A model generated the notes under the pieces. That model did no database searches. It had not been told where the DNA came from and was given only the letters and a program-made list of their open reading frames with translations. From Oopsacas minuta (taxonomy: Eukaryota; Animalia; Porifera): a stretch of 64,000 nucleotides of DNA. The DNA lies in the NCBI GenBank assembly GCA_024704765.1, contig JAKMXF010000026.1, forward strand, positions 1 to 64,000, in the 5' to 3' direction. Below, in pieces: positions 51,964 to 64,000 of this stretch (the first letter of the stretch is position 1; each line of letters opens with the position of its first letter). A program made the translations under genes and the position numbers.

Positions 51964-52859
51964 CAGTCAGGGGACAAAAGTATTCGAACACACAAATATA
52001 TTGTCATAAATTGTATACTCTTTCCCGCTCCTATATATTGTGTAGTCTATATTCATAGCTGCAATCTAGTAATTTGCATAGAATAACATATGTTTTTCAA
52101 GAATTTCAAAGAAATATTCTCGATTTACACTTTTTGAATGTGTTAATTATTAATAATCATTAGATCATTATTGATAATCAAAATATGTGGTAATTCAAAG
52201 CCTATTAAGAATCTATAATTTCTGACTTGATATTTGAATTCTACGTAGGCGAGTTATCCCACATTGAAATTTCCAATGGGATTGAACAATTTTTACCAAA
52301 GTTATAGAAGAATTTCAATTTGTCCCACTTGTGCCACTTTTGAAAAAAGTGGCACAGGTGGCAGGAAAAAGCGCCACTACAAGGGAATCAACTAGGGTTA
52401 GCAGGAATAAATCAAAGTAATATTTTCGAATGATATGACTATGCTAACCCTTGAATTCCAAAATAACCTCTTGGTAGCGGCCACTTGTGCCACCTTGGGC
52501 AAAAGGTGGCACAAATGACACAAATAGAAATTCATCTATAACTCTGGTAAAAATTGTCCAATCTGGGGTAACTCGCCTACGTAGAATTCAAATATCAGGT
52601 CAGAAATTATAGATTCTTAATAGGTTTTGAATTACCACATATTTTGATTATCAATAATTATCTAATAATTATTAATAATTAACACCTTCAAAAAGTGTAA
52701 ATCGAAAATATTTTTTTGAAATTCTTGAAAAACATGTTATTCTATGCAAATTACTAGATTGCAGCTATGAATATAGACTCCACAATTTATAGGAGCTGGA
52801 GAGAGGATATAATTTATGACAATATATTTGTGTGTTCGAATACTTTTGTCCCCTGACTG
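51964..52859. mobile_element. Long-TIR MITE, 896 bp, TA TSD
   Basis: TA|CAGTCAGGGGACAAAAGTATTCGAACAC ... GTGTTCGAATACTTTTGTCCCCTGACTG|TA. Arms are complementary for several hundred bp. No ORF. Confidence 0.92.
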
Positions 52860-53099
52860 TATATATATTTTATCGGATTACTTATATGTCGGCTAGCCGA
52901 AAAAACAGCTAATTTATTGGAATTAGTATGCATTAACTAACTAAATCAATTAAGTTCACAATTTTTTGTCTAATTGTCTTTTCTTTTTTGTTTTCATCTC
53001 GGTAAATATCGCTTCCGTTTATTTGGTGGACGCCCTTTACTCTTATCATGTCTAGGATTCATTACTTTAATGATATTCGAGGTAGTCTTGTGTGCTATT

Positions 53100-55620
53100 T
53101 GTGCTTCGGGGTGATCGACAGCTAGTAGATGGTAGATATCAGCTAGTTTCTCTTTTACCATACTATAAGAACTCTGATCGAAAGAGGCAATATACGCTAT
53201 GTTCTTAACTCTGTTGTCATTATTGCATACCTTTCATCCTTTGAAATATTCGAATCAGTTTCCACAGTTCTAATGTCTTGTATATTGTTGTCATTGCATA
53301 TGAAATTGTATAGGACATAACCATTATCTTCACGACTCTTAGCCTAAACGTAGAAGAACAATGTTAATTAATGCACAAAATATTGGAATAGATTTTTCAG
53401 TGAATTTTAAAATGCATAACAGTAGTCTTACCCTCCAAAAATCTGCTATTGCATTGCATGGTACATCAGTCAATCTTTGTTGATGATAAACTAGTAGCAT
53501 GTGCCGACATGGCAAACCCATGATGCTGGAAACAGGCAAGTGCAAGATGTCAATGTTGTTATACGTGTTGATCTTCTTGACACTGTTGAATATAGACCCA
53601 AGTCAATTGCTATTAACTTCTCTGAATCATCATTTTGATAATCATATTCCTCTTGAGCAACTAAAAAAGTGAAATAAAAGCACAATATCTTAGTAAATAA
53701 TACACATAATTTAGTGCGTTTTACCTGTTTATGTATAGAACGTAATATGTTGCGTAGGCTATGGAATGGTTGGTAAGGCCATGGCCATGGCCTACCAAAG
53801 GCCTCACCAATGGCCCTAACAATCTCTAAACGAGTTACGCCTCTGTGTTTACTTCAAAGGACGTATTACACAGCTTAAGATTCAAATCATACATGTAACA
53901 CTTGAAGCTGCACTTATTATTATTATTATTATTATTATAATCTCAAAATTACCTGAGGGGTCTTCTCGAGATAATATGTGTCTGACTTCAAAAACTAACT
54001 CTTCAGATGAACTAGATCTAGATACTTCATCAACGCAATACTGCATACATTGAGCAATTTGAGCTCTCACAATTGTAAGTGCGAATGGGGTTATATCTAA
54101 GTTATTTTCTATAGGATGCTTAGTTGAATAAGTAGCCATTTTAAGTGCCAACCGGGTTGCACGCCCTTTATTTTGTTCTGAAAGAGTATCTCTATTCTCA
54201 TCAATTCTGTTTGCTAGGTGTGTAAGTAGAATATGAGAATTTAAGTAGTGTTTTATAGAGGCATGTACTGATTCAGAACGTTGGGTGGAGTGAGCACCCA
54301 AAGTAAGGTATTCCCAGGTCCACCATGCAGCCCACTGTTTCCTTTTTTCGTAGAGAGATTATAGAAATTTTTCAACTGAATGGTAATGAATTTCGGTGGT
54401 TGTTTCTTGTTTGTGTTGAACTTGTTCTAACAAACGATTCCACTCTTCATCAAATAACAAACGAGAATTAGAATCTTGCTTTTTTGCAAATGATCCACCA
54501 ACTTTGCAAGAACGTGTTCCAACTTCTACGCAAATTTTCACTTCTCCCACTGAATAGGGATTTCATATGCAACATTACATTTTGCCCAATGTGAAATGTG
54601 CAAAGGAGGTGTACAATGCAAGGAAACGATGTCTTTATAGCAGCAGCCATTGCTGGGTCACCATCCGTGATTATTACTTTTGGTGGTTGTTTAAAAGCTT
54701 TTAGAAATTCAGTGAAAACCCATACAAAAGATTCATGGGTTTCACGATCGAGTAGAAAACAAGCTAAAATTTGAGTTCTTCCGTCATTGTCAATTGTTGT
54801 AAAGGCTGAGAATTTAAGAGCGTATTTGTTCGTTCCATGACTTGTATCAAATATTAGTGGATTATGATCAAGATTCTGGGCCCAGCGTTCAAGGCTATTA
54901 GTTACTGCCCAAAATGCCGCATTCAAGGAGCCGTCCCCGACCGTTTGAACAGAAAAATATAGGCCTTTGCTGGATTGTCTCTGTTGGAGGTAGTCAATAA
55001 AATTTGAAGCACCAAAGCTTCTCTCTTCAACACTTGGTTGGAATCGATTATAGACATCTTGATATGTCCATGTGATAGGATAATTCTTATCATGAGCCTT
55101 GCTAATAAAAACTTGGTTGATTTTAGTTGCTGAGAGACCAGCGCGCTTTAGTTCAAACCCTAGTGGGTTGAATTCTAAAGGGAATTCTCTAAGTGAGGCT
55201 TGTGCTAGACTACCACTATTGTTTTCCACTAAACTGTGATTGTGGAAAAAGTTAGCATGCGCAATTGCCCATCCTTCAACACAATCTTCAATACGAGTAT
55301 TGTAAGGACAGTTAGTTCGCTGAGTAACTGTCATACGTACATCATTGTATAAACTCATTTTTCTTGATTTGTAACAAGATAACATTCTTTTTTCCCCTTC
55401 CTTGATGTTTGTCTGTAAGTAGAGGTCCACACAAGATTGAATCGCCCCCCACCAGTTGTAAAGTCACTAGCCCATGTTTTTTATTCCACTTTTGCTGTTG
55501 CATGTGATTCCCACGGTCCTTTAGGCATATCATCAGGTAATACAACAGATCTGATCCGCCTTAATTCAACAATTGTTCTACGAAAGCCAGATAATGTTGT
55601 TATTCTGTCAGATCTGGCAT
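53100..55620 (-). pseudogene. FAR1-like MULE transposase with SWIM finger, intron-containing, disrupted
   Basis: LIFDTSHGTNKYALKFSAFTTIDNDGRTQILACFLL...IITDGDPAMAAAI...HLLCTFH (DDE core), HSTQRSESVHASIK, and SCTCLFP/GLPCRH (SWIM). Frameshift in an A6 run near 54480, in-frame stop at 54359-54361, GT-AG introns at 53661-53724 and 53344-53431. Confidence 0.85.
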
Positions 55621-56623
55621 GATCCTCAACTGAGGTGTGACTTTGTAAACCTTCAGTCTCCTCAGCGAAAACATTTTCTGTATTTTCACCAATAAATTGA
55701 GGGAATTGAAGGTTGGAAGACGCTACTCGAAATTTGGGATATCAGAGGTAATTCGTGCAACGGCAATTTTGATCCTATTAATAGTGAGTATTAGTCATTC
55801 CGCTTCTTTTTTTGATTATTTATCGCCGGAAGAATTTTTGTCTTTGAGATAATTTTTTTCAATACTTACAGCTGAGCGGTTGGGAATTTTTGCACATCGC
55901 TTGTTTCACATTTACGCCAATAGTATTGTTACTGCTGTTACTGCTGCTGTTATTGTTGTAATTCAAATGGGCTTGATTTGATCTAGGGACAGTTGTATCT
56001 AATATGATGCGCTAATGCTTTGGTAAGGACCCCAGCTGTTTGGCTTGCTTTTGGCTCTCAAAACTCATTTTGAGGGAATTTTGAAAATCTTGCCCACCCG
56101 TGATTGTGAGGCTGGCTACGCCACTGTTAACAATAGTTATTCATAATCCCTCGAAATCGTCAATTTTGATTACTTGACACATGTTAAAAAGGGCAAGAAA
56201 CAGAGAGACCAAATAACCTCAAAGAGAATGCATCAAACCCGCACATTTTTATATGATCAAGGTAGCTAAAAACCAGATACGCGAAATACATAGATATTTT
56301 TATTTAAATAGTATTATGGAGAAACAAGCAATTGCAAGGTAGCAAAAATATCTGGGAGGCAAAAACAATTTAAACTGTAATGCACAACTAGCAACTATAG
56401 TAGGATGTCGATTAATTGCCAATTATCAGAAATTTGAACTTGCCCAAATGGGAAAGTTCTTATTGAGCTGGAACTATTTGCATCATTTTTAGATTTCCTC
56501 CTAGCTCATAATGATATACCTAACTAAGTAAACCCCTGAATTTCAGACCCTGATTTCATTTTATATCCACAAGTTCGCGTCGTAACAAGCGGTTATTTTT
56601 TACTCTACTTTCTGACCTTTTAG

Positions 56624-56983
56624 GTAAACCTCGGAGTTGACCTCTTAAGAAATTATCCAAGCACTAAAACAAGCACTGGTGGAGTTTCCGATAAAATCCA
56701 AGCTCTACTCACTACTCTATCCCGCCCTAATAAGGAACATCCTTCTGATAGCGAAATCATTAATTATGATGATACAAAAAATGACACATCTTCGCCTCGA
56801 CCAGTTGGAACCCTAATGCAACCAGCTGTTGGACCAGTTCCTGAACTCTCTGGGCAAGCTCCCTCTCTTGATGAGCAAATTTCTAAGCATGCCCATTCTC
56901 TTAAGAAAGTGACAGCTATTACTTGTTTAGATCTTCATGCCAAGCCTAGTTATTCATTAACTTATGAGAAATTGTTCCAGAAG
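56624..56983 (+). CDS. DIP2: DIP2 homolog, coding exon 3 (start of first AMP-binding-like domain)
   Basis: Acceptor TTTCTGACCTTTTAG|. GVSDKIQALLTTLSRP matches DIP2 VSAKIQQLLNTLKRP, and AITCLDLHAKPSYSLTYEKL matches A.T.LD..GKP...LTYGKL. Donor AAG|GTTGGT, phase 0. Confidence 0.85.
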
Positions 56984-57312
56984 GTTGGTTTTTCTTTTAG
57001 TTGATTTGTTTATTTGTAGATGAGATCAACAGGCTATTTAAATATGTTCTTAATAATAATGAAACTGGATAATATTTCACCTTATCTGCTGAAATGTTTA
57101 TTCCTAGTGCGCCGCAGTGCTTTTTGAAGTCTAGCAAAGGGCCCTCTAAAGTACCCAATATCATTACATTTGGGGTGAAGTAACTCTAAATGTTGGCAGG
57201 GCAAAGCAAATCCTTAAAAATAATAATACTAGAGAGCTTCCCTACGAGGTCTCTACGCGACAACTTTATCCTAGGGACTTCGTGCCTCTGATTGACCTCA
57301 TTCATTTAACTG

Positions 57313-57660
57313 TTAATTTTTCTTAATGTTTTTGCTCGCTGTGCGACGCTTTATAGGCACTACATTTCTCGAATTCAACAAGGAGAAAATGTTTGAATTT
57401 ATTATCCATGGTCCATCAAGAATTATTATCGCCTCCTGTCGTGACACTAAAGCAGGTAAACAGCTTTTTGTCATAAATACCACGCTACGTGCAGTGATTA
57501 TTGGGTATCCAATTATCAAAAAATTGGAATCTTGTGAAATATATTTTTGAATTAGAATGATGATGGTGATCATGTAATAATCCCATGATGAGTATCAGTT
57601 GGTCTAATTCATGACACGGGAATGCTGAATATTGACGACATAATGTACATGCGGATTACC
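57313..57660 (-). mobile_element. Diverged internal fragment related to Helitron H1
   Basis: Shares TTATCCATGGTCCATCAA and CATGTAATAATCCCATGATGAGT blocks with the other H1 copies. Confidence 0.55.
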
Positions 57661-58209
57661 AAAACCATTTTGTTGTCAGATTACCAACAATACAAATTCA
57701 ATTGTTGATATTCTGAGAGATTTGTGTTGTCAAATTACTGAAACAATTACGATAGTTTTTGGTAATTTTGGTTTGCATTAGCGTCATTCCTTTTTCGGAA
57801 TGTTTCGGACTTCTTGGCTATCGGGTTGTTGCGAGATGTATTTTGGAGCGTTATTGAATTGTGGATTTTGCAATAATCCACTTATTTCCAACTATACACA
57901 TAATTGCAAGTCAGTTTTGAGAATTTCAAATGATTTTCATACTGTTTTCCATTCTGATACCAATATTCTAGCAATTGCCACTTCTGCTACATGTGGCACA
58001 AATATTACAATCTAATATGTCAACGAGATATGCTCTGCACAATTCGATTTTCATACTGAGGTAATACAGACCTGTAAAATTCAAATAGCTATCAGAATTG
58101 TTTCACCATATTGAGTTTTGTGCAATTAGTAGCAAGACTCAAATGAGATGAAACAATTCTATTGGATATAACGTAATTGACATCATTTTGGATAAAATGT
58201 CATTGTCAT

Positions 58210-59264
58210 CTTATGGATTCGTCATGATTTTGGCTAAATACTAACTGATCATGTGATTATTACGTCATCATCCATGTACAAAATTATTATGATCCCGAAT
58301 TTCGATATATTTGAGAATTTCATAATACTTGAAGCACAAAGTGCTCATATTACTAACCAAAAGCCACACAGAAGCTCTAATATTACCACATAACGTCATT
58401 AAATGGAATTTGGAGAGACCATGGATTATAAAAATTTAAACTTTCATCAAATAATTGAATCTGTATATTTTGATCAAGTTTTCATATGTCGAACTTTGAT
58501 CGACTGACGAAAAGGCAAGTTTTGATCAAAGTTCTAATGAAATGTTTTAAGTCGAACTTTGAGAGAAAAATTTTCGAATCTTGATCAAAAGAGGACTTTA
58601 ATCGAAAAGTGAGAACTTTGATCGAAAAACGGGAACTTTGATACAAAATGGAGATAATATAACAAAAGAATCCAATGATCCGTCATTTTGAAACTTTTCT
58701 AATATTCAATCCAACAAAACTCCATCCAATCATAAAATTAGCAAAAATTCCACACTCCCGTCCCTTTGTAGCTCATAACGAACACAAATACAAACTCCCA
58801 GAGCCATAAGGTACAACTAAATCCCTAATTCCATCCCAATGGTAGTCGTTTCTAATTAATAAAATAAAAAGTGCTAGCCCGTCCTAGATTGAAATCAGTC
58901 GAGTCCGGTGCATTGTGGCATTACATGGGGTTCAGGGGGGTGCCCCCCTGAATACTTTGGTGTCATGGAGCAGGACAATTTTTCGATCAAAGTACGACTG
59001 AAGACATTTTAGTGGAACTTTGATCAAAATTGACCATTTTCATCATTCGATCAATGTTCGACATAAGAAAATTTGATCAAAGTTCTACAAAAATTTGATC
59101 AAAATATTCAGATGCAAATAATTAATTTCGAGGCACAAATATATCCCGTCGCTTGGCGACCCAAAAGCATTTCCAATTTTTGCTGTTTCACACTTATACT
59201 TTAACAAGACACAAAGCTCAAAGATAGGTATGCCCTTAGCGACCTAGCAAGCGAAGCGCGCTAG
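58210..59264 (+). mobile_element. Helitron family H1 copy split by a nested insertion
   Basis: The H1 internal sequence stops at 58456, resumes at 59116 (AATTTCGAGGCAC...) and ends CTAGC-N11-GCTAG|T. Confidence 0.75.
58457..59115. mobile_element. Foldback/MULE-like non-autonomous element with subterminal repeat arrays, 659 bp
   Basis: Termini G(A/C)ATCTG(T/A)ATATTTTGATCAA, exact 8-bp TSD AAATAATT, and irregular arrays of GAACTTTGATC / GATCAAAGTTC at both ends. Confidence 0.8.
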
Positions 59265-59399
59265 TAAATAAATATCTACAGATTGATTGCGTTTTAATAT
59301 TATAGATCAGCGGTGGACACACCTTTTTTCTCCAAGCTAATTTTCGCCTTGAAAATTCGCGCCAGCCACTGTAATAGTAATCTTTCTATCTTTCTATCA

Positions 59400-59908
59400 T
59401 CTATCTATCTAATAACGTTTGAGAATGGCAGTGATGACCTCCGTAAGGACCTGATTGGTATGCTCAACTTCGTGGAACCTCACAATGAGTCCTGTGTACT
59501 ATACACAAGGCTTTCCACATCGCGGTTACCATCCTAGTAAGCTCAGCCCAGGGCAAACGCACGTTCAGCTCAATTAAACGTATGAAGACGTTCTAAGCTC
59601 AACTATGGGTAATAGCCTCCCTCGATATCAGCGTTCTCAACGTCAACGCACAAATGCTGGAACGCTAAGACCAAGAAGCCGTTGTGAACCGTTTCGCAGT
59701 GACACCCCTCCACATCCTCGTCTAGAAAATGAGTTTGTAATAGTTTGAAAGTATCAGATTAGGATATTGCACATAATTTGCATAAAAAGTAAACGATATG
59801 AATGATTTTGCTAAATAATGGGGGTTTTACTAGGTTACGGGTTCGCCCCACTGGAAAGCGGTCCGCCCCTCATTCACCCCACCTGGGTTCAGAGGCTAGC
59901 CGCCCCTG
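59400..59908 (+). pseudogene. hAT transposase C-terminal dimerisation domain remnant with right TIR
   Basis: Frame reads IAVTILVSSAQGKRTFSSIKRMKTF*(R)STMG (the P.SSA..ERSFS.LKRIKT.LRSTM motif). Ends CCGCCCCTG at 59908. Confidence 0.7.
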
Positions 59909-61665
59909 GATCTCTCCTACGACAATGACCTCAATCCTGAATATTCCCATATAAGGCATTATTGGTGACTGTGCAATAATTCTGTAGATATCATATCAAA
60001 ATGTATGGTACATCATATGATAGGCATTATATAGAGAAGGCTATGCCATAGCCTTCTCTGTATAAGGCCTACCCTCAACCTCGAATTTTGGACTAGGGAT
60101 ATAGTAGTATTTTGAATGGATTCATATCGCACAAACAGTACTTTAATTCTCATGTAAATGTATTACAGATATGTAGAATGTCATGTCTGCAAAACAAAAA
60201 ACAAAAGTTTTTCATAATCCGCCACTTTCTTTGCTTAGTAAGCATTATTTGGTAATAGGACGGTAAATATTACATCTTTGATTTCAAAGTTATTATACGA
60301 TATGATGCAAAGATACTTTTGTAAAAGATAACTCAAGAAATTGGTAACTTTATCATGACAATGTTTTATATGTTTTACAAAAGCATCTTTCCATCATTTC
60401 GCACATCATCCTCTTTGTATTTCGAAAATTCACAGTATTCCACACTGCTTAGCCAGCAATTGTAGATGTTGGATGGTTGACTTTTGAATTACAGGTCCCC
60501 TCAATATGTCAAATGTACTGACTTCACTATCTTGACCAAATGCTAACTCACCATTAAAATATTAATTCATCATGACGTTACAAAATTTGGAAATTTTTGA
60601 TTTCGACATGATGATTAGACATTTATCAAGGCATATAGTGCCGAGATTAGGGATTCCAATCCCTGGTTGAGCATGCTTAATTGATTCATTAAAATTGCTT
60701 CTATATGTATATAGCTTATACTAATACTATGATTGATGGATTATTCTTTGTTATAGTTACAACTCATTTGCTTGCTTTCGGTTGCACGGCGGTTATTGAG
60801 TATATATTCACGTTCTTCGATACTGAATTTAATGGAAAATGAATGAGAATAATAATGAAAGTAGGATAGAATGATAATATCGCTTCAGTTAAGAATGTGC
60901 TGCGTAGTATACTTTATGTGTATGTATTGGTAATATTATATTATGTAGTATTACGAACATCAGATTGCCATTATTACATACAATTTCTGCAGCTTGCTAA
61001 TTAAGTAGACGTGATATAATTCAATGGAAGCCATTTTTGGGCTGTGATCAATTAGTTTGAGAATCCCGGGATTGGAATACTTAACCCCGAGCTTGAATCC
61101 GGTTGAATAAGTTCCGGGATCCCTAATTCCTGTGGGTTGGGGAGGAAGAGAGTGATGGGAGAGAACATCCCATCGAGTTATAAGAACATTTAGAATATAG
61201 CATGGATTTCTAAACTACCTGGACAGTCCACAGTGTGCCGATATGGCGTATATCTGCATATAGTACAGATTTGTAGAATATAGATTATCACCTCCTGAAT
61301 TAAAGAGAAAAACAAATGGGATTCGCTAATACAATCCTATTAGAACATCCAAAATCTAATCCCAAAATATCTCTTATACAGTGCAAGGTAATCAAAATGC
61401 ATTATTTGTAGATACAAACAACACCCAAATTTCCCAAATCTAAGGTGAAAACACTCTAGACCCATAGGAAGTACACTTATCGGAAATCTTACCCGAAAAT
61501 CTGTCATTGAGTATCTGTACTTTGGGATAATCGAATTTCGCACCCCTAAACCCTTATTGAATTCCAATGAAATTATATCCTGAATATTTAGGATATAATT
61601 AACATAAAAATTGGTGAGCAAAGTGTTTTTTCCATTTTTAAGGTGCAACTGATTCACCCTATTAT

Positions 61666-61790
61666 TTATAGATTAATTGCGTTTTATAGTACATACGAGC
61701 CGCTATGCTTGCTCGTCCTGCGCAGCTTGCGGACACTTTGTGTTCGCATAAGACTCAGCAATTTGTGCCTCGAATTTAGTGAAGTATGAA
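61666..61790 (-). mobile_element. Helitron H2-type 3' end followed by an H1-type 5' end remnant
   Basis: Minus strand: TTCGAGGCAC...CGAGC-N10-GCTCG|T, then ATGTACTATAAAACGCAATTAATC. Confidence 0.65.
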
Positions 61791-62255
61791 ATTTCAAAAT
61801 GAATTCATAAATAATTGTTTACATTTAAATGTACAGCCATAGCATTCTATATACTAAGGCAATGGCACTCTATTGAAATTTTGGACCATGGATTGTCATT
61901 ACCATCGACTTTCAAAGTATAATGTATTATCTATAGTTGTGATTCTACTGCTTCTAGTTAATTATTAATCATCAGATTAAATGATTTACCACACCCGGCC
62001 TGATTAATTCAATATTAGAAGATTCAAAATCAACATAATAGATTTTAATAAGTCAAACCATATATTTAACAGTACAATACGTATATGTAGTATACAATAA
62101 ATAACATAATACATTCTCTTAGTAGTAGTAACAGTAATATATTATACTATCATAAACGTCCAGCTGAACATAACAAATCGAATAACAATACAATAGCTTC
62201 AGTCTTCTACACAAAATTCTAACAGTAAAATGATCTAAAAATGAACAAAGAAAAA

Positions 62256-64000
62256 TTATTTGTATATTTTAAGCTTAGTATTATCCCTATTTAAAACCAT
62301 AAAATTGTAATTGCAGACTCTCTTCAACAAGATGATATTTGACCATGTAACACACAATTTCTTCAATATGTCCCGATTCCAAACGCCACAGGAGCAACAA
62401 TCATTCCAAACATCAGTATATTTCTCTGAAATGATTGTAATAGAAATGAGTACCAACAAACTACGGGACTGTGCAGAATAGAATTTCTTGCTGAGGGAAT
62501 CACAGTTATCTATCATCAGAAAGGCTTTATACAAGATAGTAACAGACTTTACTACACAAGAAGAAGGATATTTAAGAGAACCTCGATCTACTAAATTAAT
62601 CAAAGTATATTGAGAACCAACGTCATTATTAACTTCTAGGAGTCTATCTGTTGTTAAAAGATCGTGACAACATTGACAAGTATTTTACTTTTTTATGAAA
62701 GAGAAGGCTGCATATCCTGCTATATAGATGAGGCATTCAATCTGAGAAACTTCTAATTCAATGAGCGAGATATCATTCAATATAGTCATATAAGGTTCTA
62801 TATTGAGTTGCTTTTCATCACTTATAAACTCACAATCGTCTGCGAATTGCCTAAGGTATTCTTTTAGTGAAACGTTATCTGCCAAACCATATTTTATATC
62901 AAAAACTTTTAAAAGGTTGGAAAGTTGGAGTCTCGTTCGCTTTCTAAAACTTGGTTAAAAGATATTTGATAGTGAGACCCTGACATTTGTCTGTTTAATC
63001 CAAAATGGTGTTCTAAAGCATCATTTTGTATTCTCGCAGTAAGAAGATATTGGTACCCACAATTTTCAGTTAGTTGTTTGACTAGTAGTGGTAATGCCTC
63101 ACATGTATGTCTAGAGCTGGTAAAGGTTTGTGGCGTTAATTTTCCGGACAAAATGGTAGATAACCCAACTATCCAACCAGGAGACCACGTTGTTCAAAAA
63201 GAGCAACCGAAAATCGTCTGGGTATATTGGGGCTGAAAATTCATCATTAAAACGTATATTTTTCCCAACCCAGTTCACATTGAATATTTTCCATATCCGG
63301 TTAATAAGATCAAGAAAATCTACTGTTTGATTGATGTGTTTGGTGTCATTTTCGATTTTCCACGCTAATAGGCCAGCAGATGTTGTCTCATGAAAAATTT
63401 TCAATGCAAAACTGACATTTTTCCGTTCTAAGCTTAAGGGCCAACAAGCTTTCGCTGTTAATTTTGGTGCTCGTTTCAATAAATTACATCTATCCGATCT
63501 AAACAAATCTCGTATATCTTGAAATCGAGCGTAACAAATATCTGGATGTACAGATTTAGAGGTCAAATTGGCAGTAGAAATGCTGGCTCTAGGGATGGAG
63601 AGGTAAAAATTTTTGTTAGTGTCAATGATGTTTTGAATACTTACTAGACATTCGTCGAACTTCGGAAAAATGAAAGTGTTGTCAATATTTTTGAGATTCA
63701 ACCAATTATTTCGGATGCACTTAATGATATGAACACTATCAAAAAGCAAAATTAAATTTCTATGTGGGTTGCAGGGGTGTTGTACTTTTGGCTCCAGTTT
63801 CGAACTAGTTGAAAACAATTTGTATAAACGAACGTTCAGTGGATAGTTGTCAGTACAAACAGCTTCTACAAATAGACCGCAAGCTTCGATATCACAGATA
63901 GTAGACCTGACAATAGGATACAATGATTCAGCAGAAGAAGAACCCAAAGGAATCAACCGAACAATGGTAGAAAACTTGACCGATAGGCTAGAAACCATCA
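62256..64000 (-). pseudogene. P-element (THAP9-like) transposase, frameshifted, runs off window edge
   Basis: VCTDNYPLN (D), LLFDSVHIIKCIRNNWLN (D plus HxxKxxRNN), LLTARIQNDALEHHFGLNRQMSG (E), YIAGYAAF and C-terminal RGSLKYPS. Frameshifts near 63130 and 62910. Confidence 0.85.

Noticed and set aside
58460-59100. CRISPR-like array
   Set aside because: Units are ~11 bp, irregularly spaced, degenerate and inverted between the two ends; no cas genes; eukaryotic context. Better explained as subterminal TE repeats.
56984-64000. Further DIP2 exons after exon 3
   Set aside because: No open frame with DIP2-like sequence bounded by AG/GT was found; the region is accounted for by TE remnants, so the gene presumably continues beyond the window.

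Overview
AT-rich eukaryotic (animal) genomic DNA, heavily loaded with transposons; no prokaryotic features. A sponge, possibly a glass sponge, is my inference from the acylated creatine kinase and the intron-poor genes, not something the sequence proves. There are four host genes, all on the + strand: an intronless tropomyosin-like coiled-coil ORF (7372-8103); an intronless orphan ORF starting MGCSSSK (19530-20309); an intronless two-domain creatine kinase starting MGCGSS (31804-34110); and the first three coding exons of a DIP2 homolog (38372-56983, continuing past the window), with a 15.3-kb second intron. The rest is mostly mobile DNA. It includes an intact DD37E Tc1/mariner-type element nested in a decayed Transib/RAG1-core-like element whose TIRs carry the RSS heptamer CACAGTG. 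It also holds remnants of DIRS, P/THAP, several MULEs, hAT/Buster, pogo/Tigger, a Helitron helicase and a probable LINE, plus many MITEs and non-autonomous Helitrons. Most notable: (1) a contiguous-dimer acylated CK with a 393-bp tract identical between otherwise diverged domains; (2) the RAG1-like element with unequally spaced heptamer TIRs; (3) Helitron 3' ends whose terminal bases covary as a stem instead of keeping CTRR; (4) acceptor-like sites just upstream of all four start codons, suggesting trans-splicing. All alignments and family calls were made by eye.
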